Source: an uncultured Gammaproteobacteria bacterium
GTDB lineage: Bacteria > Patescibacteriota > Microgenomatia > Levybacterales > UBA12049
Reading direction: 5' to 3'
Length of the DNA: 64,000 bases
Assembly (NCBI GenBank): GCA_964521295.1
Contig: CAZFRF010000001.1
Span: 705,016-769,015, forward strand
Shown here in pieces: positions 26,634 through 35,894 of the stretch. The notes under the pieces are model-generated. The model saw only the letters and a program-made list of their open reading frames with translations. It did no database searches and was not told the origin of the DNA. The stretch's first letter is position 1; every line of letters starts with the position of its first letter. Position numbers and translations under genes: made by a program.

Positions 26634-28460
26634 TCATCTACTTGATCTTAATGCGTTGATAATAACTGCGACATCAATTGCTTCTTGTAAGAATGCTCCT
26701 CCAATTGGAGGGATTAAGCCAACAGAGGCAAATATCATGCCAACAACGCTTATGCCAATTCCCCACATGATGCTTTGTTTGGCAATTTTTATTGTCCTCT
26801 TAGCAATACTTAGGCTCTCTATTACCAAAGAGAAATTGCCTCCTAAAAAGACAATATCTGCTGCCTCAGAGGCTGCAGTTTGTTCTTCATTGCTAAAGAC
26901 CATTCCAACATCAGCAAGAGCTAAGGCAGGAGCGTCATTTATACCGTCTCCAACCATAACGGTTACTTTGCCTTGTTTTTTAAGTTCAGCAATTCCTTTT
27001 TGTTTATCTTCTGGAAGAGCTTCTGCTTTTATAATTATATTTTCACCTAAGGTTTTAGTTACTTTTTCAGCTGCTTCTTTTTTGTCTCCAGTAAAAATAA
27101 ACAAATCAAAACCTAACTTTTTAAGATCTTGAATGCTTTGCCTAGAGTCCTCTTTGATTTCATCTTCAAAAATAAAATGAGCAATTTCAGTTTTGCCTTC
27201 AAAAAGTCCAATATTCATTCCTTGAAGAGAAGGGAGTTTAGAGAGTGTATAGGTTTTAGAATTTACTTTTCCGGAAATTCCATGTCCAATTTTTTCCTCT
27301 ATGTTTTCTGCATGTAATAATTTAGCTTTATTGTCTTTTGCAAAATCAACAATTGCTTTAGCTAAGGGATGCAAAGAGTTTCTTTCAATAGCTTCAGCAA
27401 TTGCTAAAAGGTCTGCTTTTGAATCTTTAGAATTTAGAATTTTAAATTCAGTAACTATTGGTTTTCCTAAAGTAATTGTTCCTGTTTTGTCAAAAATTAA
27501 ACTTTTTGCTCTTGATAGCATTTCTAGGCTAGCTAACTTTTTAACAATAATATTTTTCTTTGAAGCTTTATTTACTCCTCCTAGGAGGGCAATTGGAGTA
27601 GCGATAATTAAAGGACAAGGGGTGGCAATAGCTAGTACTGCTAAGGCTCGGGTTAAGTCAAAGCCAGAGAAAATATAAGAAAACCCTGTAATCAATAGGG
27701 TTGTGATTGTAAAAAAACCTGAGTATTTATCTGCAAGTCGAATAAATGGCGATTTTTCTTCCTGAGCTTTCTTAACCATCTCAACAATTTTATTGTATGA
27801 AGAATCTTTTTGAGTCTTAGTAATCTTAACTATAATTAGCTCTCCCACATTAATAGTTCCGCTTCTAATTGGATCGTTTTTTATTTTTTCAATTGCATAT
27901 GGCTCTCCGGTTAAGGATGATTCGTCGGTTAAGCCAGATTCTGAGATTAAAATTCCATCTAGGGGTATGACTTCGCCTTTTCTAACTATTATTTCTTGAT
28001 CCTTAGTAACATCGTCAATACTTTTTTTATCGCCTATTTTCCCATTTTCGCAAAGTGTAACTTCATTGGGTATTCTTTCTGCTAGTTTAGTTAGAGATTT
28101 TTTAGCTTGAGCAATACCATAGTCTTCTAAGGTCCTACCACTTGAGATCATAAGAGCTAATATTTGAGCAACTAAATACTCTTTGGTAAAAAGGGCTACA
28201 ACAATGGCTAGAATTGCAATGTAGTCAAGGGCAAAGTGCTTCTTAAGAAGAGAGGCAATTGTTTCCTGAAAAAGCCTATATGATCCCAGGAGTGTTGCTA
28301 AGATTCCTACTAAGGCCGCCAAATTATTTTGCTTTAACACTGATAGGGCGATATACAGAAAAATTAAACTAAGAATAAGAGTCGGAATTTTAAAGGTCGA
28401 CAGGAGGCTAACTTTTTGCTGCATACACAAAGAGTATACATCTTTTAATATGCCTAGCAA
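26634..28460 (-). CDS. P-type cation-transporting ATPase, compact (probably P1B-like with a CPx-type TPCPL motif)
   Basis: DKTGTIT phosphorylation motif and GDGINDAPALA hinge motif. About 8 TM helices. Length is 608 aa. Confidence 0.75.
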   Translation of the reverse strand: MLGILKDVYSLCMQQKVSLLSTFKIPTLILSLIFLYIALSVLKQNNLAALVGILATLLGSYRLFQETIASLLKKHFALDYIAILAIVVALFTKEYLVAQILALMISSGRTLEDYGIAQAKKSLTKLAERIPNEVTLCENGKIGDKKSIDDVTKDQEIIVRKGEVIPLDGILISESGLTDESSLTGEPYAIEKIKNDPIRSGTINVGELIIVKITKTQKDSSYNKIVEMVKKAQEEKSPFIRLADKYSGFFTITTLLITGFSYIFSGFDLTRALAVLAIATPCPLIIATPIALLGGVNKASKKNIIVKKLASLEMLSRAKSLIFDKTGTITLGKPIVTEFKILNSKDSKADLLAIAEAIERNSLHPLAKAIVDFAKDNKAKLLHAENIEEKIGHGISGKVNSKTYTLSKLPSLQGMNIGLFEGKTEIAHFIFEDEIKEDSRQSIQDLKKLGFDLFIFTGDKKEAAEKVTKTLGENIIIKAEALPEDKQKGIAELKKQGKVTVMVGDGINDAPALALADVGMVFSNEEQTAASEAADIVFLGGNFSLVIESLSIAKRTIKIAKQSIMWGIGISVVGMIFASVGLIPPIGGAFLQEAIDVAVIINALRSSR

Positions 28461-28464
28461 AGTT

Positions 28465-28552
28465 TGGCGGAGAAGGTGGGATTCGAACCCACGAAATCTT
28501 GCGATTTGGCGGTTTAGTAAACCGCTACACTAGGCCACTATGTGACTTCTCC
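28465..28552 (-). tRNA. Class II Ser-type tRNA with apparent anticodon ACT (A34)
   Basis: Reverse complement is GGAGAAGTCACATAGTGGCCTAGTGTAGCGGTTTACTAAACCGCCAAATCGCAAGATTTCGTGGGTTCGAATCCCACCTTCTCCGCCA. Perfect anticodon stem GCGGT/ACCGC with loop TTACTAA, G73, and encoded CCA. Confidence 0.5.
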
Positions 28553-28568
28553 AATTGTTGTGTTTGTG

Positions 28569-28653
28569 CGGAGGGTACAGGATTCGAACCTGTGGGCGGC
28601 TATTCACCGCCACGGCTTAGCAAGCCGCTCTATTACCACTCTAGCAACCCTCC
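28569..28653 (-). tRNA. tRNA-Ser, anticodon GCT
   Basis: Reverse complement is GGAGGGTTGCTAGAGTGGTAATAGAGCGGCTTGCTAAGCCGTGGCGGTGAATAGCCGCCCACAGGTTCGAATCCTGTACCCTCCGCA. Anticodon loop TTGCTAA, long variable arm. Confidence 0.6.
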
Positions 28654-28693
28654 TTGTGTGAATTATACCAATCTAAGCTCTTGGGCTCAACCT

Positions 28694-29254
28694 TTAAGTA
28701 GTGTATTCGTAGATTTTGCCAGGGATGTTTTCATAGGAGCACATCTCCTCAATCGTTAAATGTTCAAAGAATCTACGCATTGGTCTGATTGAATTTCCAT
28801 GAGCAGACATAAAGATAATATCGTTTTCTTTCCATTTGGGCATTTCCTCTTCTAAAAATTCTAAAACTCTTTTTTCAACATCTTTAATACTTTCTCCATT
28901 GGGTGGGGGAACATCATAGCTTCGATGCCATAATTTATAATCTTCTGGATCAATTGCTTCTAATTCATCCTTATTTAGTCCAGTTAAATCTCCATAATCT
29001 CTTTCTCTGATTCTTGGATCCGTTACGATTTCTATATTTGAGTTATGTCCAGACAGGACTATATCTAAGGTGTGTTGTGAGCGTATTTGATTTGATTGAT
29101 AGGCTATCGTGACTAGTTCGTTTCTTAATTTTTCTCTAATTCCTTCGGCTTCTTTTATTCCAGCTTGGGTTAAATCAGCGTCGTGGACGCCTGAAAAATC
29201 ATGTTTAAGATTGTCTGTAGTTTGTCCGTGTCTAAAAATATAGAGTTTAGCCAT
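28694..29254 (-). CDS. Histidine phosphatase family protein (phosphoglycerate mutase-like)
   Basis: N-terminal LYIFRHGQTTDN (RHG catalytic motif) and a downstream His motif (SAHGNSIR). Confidence 0.7.
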   Translation of the reverse strand: MAKLYIFRHGQTTDNLKHDFSGVHDADLTQAGIKEAEGIREKLRNELVTIAYQSNQIRSQHTLDIVLSGHNSNIEIVTDPRIRERDYGDLTGLNKDELEAIDPEDYKLWHRSYDVPPPNGESIKDVEKRVLEFLEEEMPKWKENDIIFMSAHGNSIRPMRRFFEHLTIEEMCSYENIPGKIYEYTT

Positions 29255-29310
29255 ATATTTACTTATTACAATTTAACACTTACTATTTAATTAATAAATA
29301 GGTAAATAGG

Positions 29311-29919
29311 ATGGGAATTTTAGATTTTATTTTTCCCAAAAGGTGTATTAATTGTCAAAAGATAGGGGAGTATGTCTGTTCTGGTTGTTTTGTCTTTTTA
29401 TCTTTTGATACTAAATCTCAATGCTTAGTTTGTAGAAGACAAAGTTTAAATAATTTAACTCATAAAGCTTGCTTAAAGAAAGACAAAATAGACGGATATT
29501 TTAGTGGAATTGCTCCAAATAGATTAAGCTATAAATTACTTTCTCGATTTAAGTCAAAACCATATCTAAGTGATTTGGCTGATTTTTTAAGTGAACTTTT
29601 TTATGAGAGCTTAATTCAAAATGAAAATTTCATGAATTTAATTGAAAAAGATAAATTTGCAATGTCTTCTGTTTCGCTTAATAGCTCAAAGCTTAAAAAA
29701 CGTGGGTATAACCAAGCAACGTTACTCGCTAAAAAACTGAGTAAAAAATTAAATATTCCTTTTGTAGAATTATCTCAAAAAGCTAAAATTAGAGGTAATA
29801 ATATTTTAATTGTTGATGATATTGTTAAAACTGGATCTACTTTAAAAGCTATAGCGTTTGTCTTGAAACAAAGTGGAGCAAGAAAAGTGTTTGGTTTAAC
29901 TTTAATTGGGATAAAATAA
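29311..29919 (+). CDS. comF: ComF-family protein (double zinc ribbon plus phosphoribosyltransferase domain)
   Basis: N-terminal CxxC...CxxC...CxxC pairs. C-terminal PRTase motif ILIVDDIVKTGSTL. Confidence 0.65.
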   Translation: MGILDFIFPKRCINCQKIGEYVCSGCFVFLSFDTKSQCLVCRRQSLNNLTHKACLKKDKIDGYFSGIAPNRLSYKLLSRFKSKPYLSDLADFLSELFYESLIQNENFMNLIEKDKFAMSSVSLNSSKLKKRGYNQATLLAKKLSKKLNIPFVELSQKAKIRGNNILIVDDIVKTGSTLKAIAFVLKQSGARKVFGLTLIGIK

Positions 29920-29945
29920 AAACCGCCTTGCGGCGGTTTATTTGT
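29919..29945. terminator. Bidirectional rho-independent terminator between comF and the tmRNA 3' end
   Basis: Hairpin AACCGCC-TTG-CGGCGGTT is followed by a T-run on the plus strand and by TTTTTATTTT on the minus strand. Confidence 0.6.
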
Positions 29946-30306
29946 GGAGATGTCCGAGAGTGACTCGGAGTCCAAGAAAGTTTTTTAAAAAATTCTACAA
30001 GCTTAGTTTATTATTTTTTTGATTACTTTACCCGTTAGTAATAAACAACTGTAAGTAAAGCCAAGGTTATAAATTCGAATAAGGTTCTAACCAGTTTCCT
30101 TATTTATTCTTAGGCTAAGTTTGTGCCTAAAATGTCTCACCTAAGAAAAACATTAAAGACAGCTTACTTAAGCGTATAAAGGCTGTGCGTAAGCATAAGC
30201 TGGAGTTTGAGCTCTAGCATTTATTTTTTGACCTGAGTTTACGGCATTAGGTCTTGCCGGCTTGCAGTTTTTAAAGTGCGAATCTTGTCGATGCAATTGC
30301 ATCCCC
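29945..30306 (-). ncRNA. ssrA: tmRNA (ssrA), about 362 nt, adjacent to smpB
   Basis: The minus-strand 5' end GGGGATGCAATTGCATCGACAAG resembles the conserved tmRNA start GGGG.UG...GGAUUCGAC. The 3' end ...CATCTCC-A pairs with the 5' GGGGATG to form a tRNA-like acceptor. An internal AAAAAATAAAT-GCT AGA GCT CAA ACT CCA GCT TAT GCT TAC GCA CAG CCT TTA TAC GCT TAA is a tag-like ORF ending in a stop. It lies immediately beside smpB. Confidence 0.6.
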
Positions 30307-30345
30307 GTGAATAAATATTACCATTTTTAGCTTCAAAAGTCAAGT

Positions 30346-30798
30346 TTATGAAGCTAATTCTTGCTCTAAGTTGCGCTCAATATCTTTCTTTTTAATACTT
30401 TGTCTCTTATCAAATTGCTTTTTGCCCTTTCCTAAAGCAATTTCAAGTTTTACAAAACCATTTTTAAGATACATACTAACTGGAACTAGTGTTAAATTTG
30501 CCCCCTCCACTCTTGATTTAAGGGTAATAATTTCTTTTTTGTGAAGCAAAAGCTTTCTTGTTCTGTGCTCGTCGTAGCCTTCGACCTGGCCTGGTTGGTA
30601 AGGGAATATTTTTGCATTAACCAAGTATGCTTCAGAACCAATAATTCTGACAAAGCTACTTGATAAATCTGCTTTACCAAGTCTAATAGATTTAACTTCA
30701 TGGCCATACAAATTAATTCCGGCTTCAAAGCGGTCGGTTAATTCGTAATTAAAAAAAGCCTTTTTATTGCTGATTTTCATGTCCTCATCATAAAACAA
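30346..30798 (-). CDS. smpB: SsrA-binding protein SmpB
   Basis: The FNYELTDRFEAGINLYGHEVKSIRLGKADL region is the canonical SmpB core. Confidence 0.85.
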   Translation of the reverse strand: MFYDEDMKISNKKAFFNYELTDRFEAGINLYGHEVKSIRLGKADLSSSFVRIIGSEAYLVNAKIFPYQPGQVEGYDEHRTRKLLLHKKEIITLKSRVEGANLTLVPVSMYLKNGFVKLEIALGKGKKQFDKRQSIKKKDIERNLEQELAS

Positions 30799-30838
30799 AT
30801 CACTTTAAATGTAAATTAAAGGTGATATAATTCTTCGA

Positions 30839-31426
30839 ATGAGAAGAATTGAAGCTAAGTCAAGGTTTATTTCAGCAGTGAAAAGGCATCAAGCCGCTCT
30901 TGAGGCAGCTGTTACTTCGGTACAGACTGAGCCTGCTATGTTAAGAGTTGATCCGGCAGTTGAGGAAGCTAGGCTGCGTTCTTTATTTTTCCTAAACACT
31001 AGTGGGATTCCAGAATTAATGGATAGGTTTACTGAGTTGGTTGATGGCCAAGTTGCTAGAGGGAGAGAGTGTTTGACTAGAATGCCCGTTATTGAAGAAG
31101 ATAAGGATGATGTTAGAGAAGCGGTTGAATTGAATTGGCCAGTTTCAGATACCAGCTCATTGCTTATTGCCCTATGGAACCCTGAAGGAGAAGAGGAATA
31201 TTTTGATTCCAATGCGATTATTGTTGAGGCAATGTCTCAGGGCGGAATAATAATCCATGGAGATGAACAATTTGGTACAACCTTTTTAGATTATGATCAG
31301 TGGAGAAAAAAACCTATCTTGATAGAAAAAGCATTAGAAAGAGCCTATCATGTTCCTAGGGTAATTAGCTGCGGGAAAGAAGAAGGTCAAGTATTCGTAT
31401 ACGGTAATTCTGGCTCTAAAGATTAA
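30839..31426 (+). CDS. Hypothetical protein (195 aa) in a locally GC-elevated segment
   Basis: ORF only. No motif recognised. Confidence 0.3.
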   Translation: MRRIEAKSRFISAVKRHQAALEAAVTSVQTEPAMLRVDPAVEEARLRSLFFLNTSGIPELMDRFTELVDGQVARGRECLTRMPVIEEDKDDVREAVELNWPVSDTSSLLIALWNPEGEEEYFDSNAIIVEAMSQGGIIIHGDEQFGTTFLDYDQWRKKPILIEKALERAYHVPRVISCGKEEGQVFVYGNSGSKD

Positions 31427-33254
31427 TTTTGTAGATTTTTCCAGAGGATAATACGTAAGCTATTTTACCAGCCTCATCAATATCAAAATCTACGGCTCCT
31501 TTTATGATACTTGCAACAATCTCACCTTTAAAGCTACCTGTTTTATCCAATTTTACAATTCTTGAGTTACCCAAATCCAAGACATAAAGATAATCAAAGT
31601 CAGGAGTTGAGTAAATTTTTGTCGGATTTACTAATTCTTTATTTAATCCTTTAACGCTAAAGTCAACGCTATTGCCTTTGAAATATTTATCAATGCTTCC
31701 ATCGGAGTAGAGAACATAGATATTATTATCAATGGTTGCGCTAACAGCTTTTGCAAAATCTGCTTTTACATTAGCGGTTAAGTAGTCAGACTTTGTGTAT
31801 GCTGCACCATTATTTAGGAATTTATAGATTTGATTATCGCTTTTATCTAAGACATACATATTTGTATTGTATGTCGCTAGTCCGCCAACCTTTGTCCAAT
31901 CATCGTCATTTTTGATAATCTCACTAGTTGAGTTAGAGCCATTTTTAACTGAGTAAATTCCTTTGGAGTTAATAAAGTAGGTAAATTTATCGTCTTTTGT
32001 AAACGCAGTTCCGGTTTGAGATTTTACGGTTTCAAGGTATGGACTATCTCCATTTTTGGCGGTTTCAGTAGTTGCTGTTGTTGTTTTTGGAGCTTGACCT
32101 AAGGCTTGGTTAACTTTTGTTAAAAGTTCATTTATTTGTTTTGCTTGATCTGAATCAGCGGGGAATTTATCTTTACCATTTTCTAAGATTTTTTTAGCTT
32201 CTACAAAGCTATCTTGGGCAAGGGATTGGTTAAGATCAGTTAGGCTTTGACCTTCTTCAAACTTTTTCTCCGCTTGAGGATAAACTGTTGAAAAATCTTG
32301 AGTTAGTTTTTGCGTATCTTGTTTTTTAAGTGCAAAGAAAAGGCTAGCGGCAAAAATTAAAATAATTAATACCACAACTAATAAGATCATTTTACGAGTT
32401 TTGGTAAGGCCTTTGGGATTAAGATTACCAAGTTTTGATCCTAAAGAGCCGAAGAAGCCAAAAAAAGAACCTATGATATTGATGCTTGGCTTGGTATTCT
32501 CATATGTATCAAAAGGTTGTTCTGCGTTAACATATTCTGCTGGTTTTTCGACTGGGAGCTCTGATCTCGTTTCATTAATTGCTTCAACTTCTTCCGTCTC
32601 GTCCAATGAAGCGAATAATTGATTTTTGACTGGTTGCGTATATTGAATAAGAATCGCTGCTGCGGTAGGATTTTCTTTTTCATGAACTAAAGGAGCAAGA
32701 TTTTCAGCTGCCTCTGAGATTGCTGGGTTGTCTAGAAACTCGGAGAGAGTAGTGTCTGAAATTGTTTCACTAAAATCTTTAGTTTGCAGAATAATTACGT
32801 CTTCTTCTTGAAGATAGCCTGAAGCTTCTTTTAGAGAATTATTCATTTGATCTTTAACTTCAAGTAAGGTGCCAATTGTTCCAACTCTTTTAATGCTTAC
32901 TTTGCCGTTGCCTAAGATATAGAGGTAGAGAATATTGCCAATAACAGCGCCGATAACAAAAGAAAGATTTACATCGGTTGGGATTTTTTCAGAGGTTGTT
33001 AAGACAGCTTGCCTAATTGATTCAAGATCTTTGGTTTCCAGGGTAAAGAATTCTTGCTCTAAGTTGTTTAGTATTTCTTTACCTAAGATATTTAAATGAT
33101 CTTTTTCTTGATTCTCATCATTTTTTAAAAGTGAAATAGCAGCAAATAATTTTCCAGCACTATAAACTTGAGACCAGCCAGAATTGGTAGGACTAGCTAC
33201 GATTTTTGCAACATGTAAGTTAGAGTCGCTCATTTTACGCTTATAGTATAACAA
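31416..33254 (-). CDS. Single-pass membrane protein with a cytoplasmic N-terminal domain and a large extracellular C-terminal repeat (beta-propeller-like) domain, hypothetical
   Basis: TM helix MILLVVVLIILIFAASLFFAL at about residue 290. The C-terminal half has repeated YVLD/YKF-like segments. Confidence 0.3.
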   Translation of the reverse strand: MLYYKRKMSDSNLHVAKIVASPTNSGWSQVYSAGKLFAAISLLKNDENQEKDHLNILGKEILNNLEQEFFTLETKDLESIRQAVLTTSEKIPTDVNLSFVIGAVIGNILYLYILGNGKVSIKRVGTIGTLLEVKDQMNNSLKEASGYLQEEDVIILQTKDFSETISDTTLSEFLDNPAISEAAENLAPLVHEKENPTAAAILIQYTQPVKNQLFASLDETEEVEAINETRSELPVEKPAEYVNAEQPFDTYENTKPSINIIGSFFGFFGSLGSKLGNLNPKGLTKTRKMILLVVVLIILIFAASLFFALKKQDTQKLTQDFSTVYPQAEKKFEEGQSLTDLNQSLAQDSFVEAKKILENGKDKFPADSDQAKQINELLTKVNQALGQAPKTTTATTETAKNGDSPYLETVKSQTGTAFTKDDKFTYFINSKGIYSVKNGSNSTSEIIKNDDDWTKVGGLATYNTNMYVLDKSDNQIYKFLNNGAAYTKSDYLTANVKADFAKAVSATIDNNIYVLYSDGSIDKYFKGNSVDFSVKGLNKELVNPTKIYSTPDFDYLYVLDLGNSRIVKLDKTGSFKGEIVASIIKGAVDFDIDEAGKIAYVLSSGKIYKINL

Positions 33255-33471
33255 GAGCTGTCAAAAAAAGCGAAATGGAAATTATTAATAAGGCTCCTGC
33301 GCTAAAATTTAATATTCTGTCATCGCTTTTATCTTTAATTAGTTTTTCCATTGATAGAGTTTGTTTGTAAACTACTACTAAAAATAAAGTGAATAAAAAG
33401 ACAACAACTAAAAAGAAGATCTTAGCTAATAAAAGCTGTACAGTAGTTCCAAAAATAAATCCTAAATTCAT
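33241..33471 (-). CDS. Small hydrophobic membrane protein (76 aa)
   Basis: Two predicted helices. Overlaps neighbouring genes by a few bases, operon-like. Confidence 0.3.
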   Translation of the reverse strand: MNLGFIFGTTVQLLLAKIFFLVVVFLFTLFLVVVYKQTLSMEKLIKDKSDDRILNFSAGALLIISISLFLTALVIL

Positions 33472-34127
33472 AGATTATTCTCCTGTCCTATTAAATCTTC
33501 GATAATATGAACGGCTTTTCCGGGTTGGGGGATTGCTAAGAATTCAAAATTTTCCATAGTTCCCGCTGTTTGAACATAGACATCTCCGTAATCAAGCAAA
33601 GTTCTTAGGGCTCCCACCTGTTGATAACTAACGTCTTGGACAAGATTTAATTTTGTGGCTGCAAGATTTTTATATATTAAATTAGAAAAATCGATATCAA
33701 TTACTCTTATATTAGTAACCAGAGAAACATTAAAATACCAGGTTATGAAGCTAATATGAATGTAAGTAAAAACTATTAGATAATAAAAAATTACAAAAAA
33801 CAAAACATATCGAAAAGGAAAACCAAATGGTGAGCTGAAGGGATTAATGAATAATGATAATAAAAGAGGAACTGTTAATAAGATAATTGATCCGATTACC
33901 CATTTGATATTAGTAAACAAGGATTTTCGTAAAAAAAGAAGTATTTCTTCATCTTTTTCTTGATTTATGACTCGAATATATTTGGGTTTTTCATGAAAAG
34001 CAGTAAATAAATGCATTCCTCCTTCTGATTCGTGTTTAGTGGTTGTTTCCTCATTAGAACTTAAATAAGTTGGATACTCATTGGGAACAGGTTTTGCTTC
34101 TGATTTGGCTAAAAAAATATCTGGCAT
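33468..34127 (-). CDS. Hypothetical membrane protein (219 aa)
   Basis: Two central TM helices. No motif recognised. Confidence 0.3.
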   Translation of the reverse strand: MPDIFLAKSEAKPVPNEYPTYLSSNEETTTKHESEGGMHLFTAFHEKPKYIRVINQEKDEEILLFLRKSLFTNIKWVIGSIILLTVPLLLSLFINPFSSPFGFPFRYVLFFVIFYYLIVFTYIHISFITWYFNVSLVTNIRVIDIDFSNLIYKNLAATKLNLVQDVSYQQVGALRTLLDYGDVYVQTAGTMENFEFLAIPQPGKAVHIIEDLIGQENNL

Positions 34128-34130
34128 AAT

Positions 34131-35867
34131 TTATCGTTGCTCTACATTATACAACGGACCAACGATCTGTATATTAGATGGCGCACGTAGGTTGAAGTAA
34201 GTTTTGAAAAAGTCTCCAGAAAAACTTTTTGAACCAGCATCACCATTAATTGTTACATTAGTTGTTTTGCCGCTGCCAAAGTCAGCGCTAACACTTACTG
34301 AAGATACAGAATTAAATGGCGTTTGATTTCGATTCCTAAGCTCAGACTTAACCTTGTCAGCATTCCAAGTTTCTGTTCCAGCGGGATTTGGTTTATCGGG
34401 TTGATATAAATGTTCTTTGGTTGAAGAATCCGCTTGAACTAAGAGCATGACGTTGGCCATGTCGGCAACTTCCTCACTTTTTAGCCAAGCAGTTTTATTG
34501 TAGTCACTTCTGGATCCCCAGTCGCAATAAAACCAAGGGGAGTCTTTATCGTATGCATTGTTATTTAAGTCAGAAAAACTATTAATGCTTCCGCTGGCAT
34601 CTTGAGCATTTTTTGTCCAACCCGTGTCGGACCAGCCAATATCTCCAGATGAATGTACATAGCCACCATGAGTAGAAGAGAACCAGGCTTTAATAGGCGT
34701 TCCTCCTTGAGTCATAACTTTTCCTGCAGTATCATTAACTGCTTGTACCCAAGCATCTGAATTTTGCTCTTGTTTAACTACTTGGCAACTCTGGCTTGGG
34801 CAGATTGAGCCGCTACCGTTATTTGTATATGAAAGAGCATAAGACCTAGCAGCAATTGCCTGTGCTCTCAGGGCTTTAATGTCCCAATTGGTTGGCATCT
34901 CGTAGATGTGTTTAACGTAAGTTTCAATATCCCAGTTAGTATCAAAAGATTGACCGTATTCATTTGAACCCACAACATGGATATTGGTAGATGTACTTAC
35001 GGTGTCAAAAGACACATTGTTGTAATAAGCGCTAAGAATGTCTTCTGCGCTTTGACCGTTTTCAGCTCTTTTTTTAGCTCCGTATTGATTTAAGCCAACT
35101 CTATTTGGGACTCCATAGCTAAAAAAACCTAGAGCAGGACTAAATCCCGGGCTTTTAAAGGGGCTTATGTCCGAAGAGCATCCTCCTTGAGTATTATATG
35201 CATATAAAGGGATATTAAGGCTTGCAAGTCTTTGTGCGAGTAATGACTTTTGAACAGCAGATAGTGATGAGATTTGACTAGATAATTTTGCTTGATAGGC
35301 TTTTGCATCAGTGACTACTTTAGAAAGTTTTTCTTTAACAATAACAATGTTAGCTTTTTCATCCTCTAATACTTTTTTTCGTTGCTCAAGAGTCGTTACG
35401 GAGATAACGATACTAGTAATAATTGCTTTATCTCTGTCAGCTGTAGCTTTTTGGTACCCGAGTATTTGAGTAAGTTCTTGAGCAGATTTTGCAGTAAGTA
35501 AGATGAGGAGTGGGGAATTGTAATAGCTCTTAATATAATAATCCCTAATTGTTTGATTTAATATTTGTTGTTCTCTTTCTAAATTTTTATATCCATCATT
35601 AATACTTTTTTCTTTATTAGCAACATCTCTTTCAATAAAATTAACCCTTTGGCTAATTGCATTTACCTGGTCTTCTAGGGGCTTTGTTGCTTTTTCAGAT
35701 TCATTTTTAGCTTGATTTAGAGTATCAAGGCAGGTATTGATTTGATCAAGACTAAGTGAGCTTGGATTAGTACAGTCTGGAGTTTGCGCATTAGATAAAT
35801 GAACAGATACAAGTAAGATAGCAATACTAAGAATGATTATGGAGAATATTTTTTTCACTAATTTCAT
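34131..35867 (-). CDS. SpoIID/LytB-domain protein with an N-terminal coiled-coil region
   Basis: RAQAIAARSYALSYT...CQVV...AVNDTAGKVMTQGGTPIKAWFSSTHGGY matches the SpoIID/LytB amidase-enhancer signature. Confidence 0.65.
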   Translation of the reverse strand: MKLVKKIFSIIILSIAILLVSVHLSNAQTPDCTNPSSLSLDQINTCLDTLNQAKNESEKATKPLEDQVNAISQRVNFIERDVANKEKSINDGYKNLEREQQILNQTIRDYYIKSYYNSPLLILLTAKSAQELTQILGYQKATADRDKAIITSIVISVTTLEQRKKVLEDEKANIVIVKEKLSKVVTDAKAYQAKLSSQISSLSAVQKSLLAQRLASLNIPLYAYNTQGGCSSDISPFKSPGFSPALGFFSYGVPNRVGLNQYGAKKRAENGQSAEDILSAYYNNVSFDTVSTSTNIHVVGSNEYGQSFDTNWDIETYVKHIYEMPTNWDIKALRAQAIAARSYALSYTNNGSGSICPSQSCQVVKQEQNSDAWVQAVNDTAGKVMTQGGTPIKAWFSSTHGGYVHSSGDIGWSDTGWTKNAQDASGSINSFSDLNNNAYDKDSPWFYCDWGSRSDYNKTAWLKSEEVADMANVMLLVQADSSTKEHLYQPDKPNPAGTETWNADKVKSELRNRNQTPFNSVSSVSVSADFGSGKTTNVTINGDAGSKSFSGDFFKTYFNLRAPSNIQIVGPLYNVEQR

Positions 35868-35894
35868 TATAGCAAATTGAAGCTAATTTAATAA

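Noticed and set aside
28499-28759. 86-aa plus-strand ORF
   Set aside because: It runs antisense across two tRNA genes (Ser-like ACT and Ser GCT).
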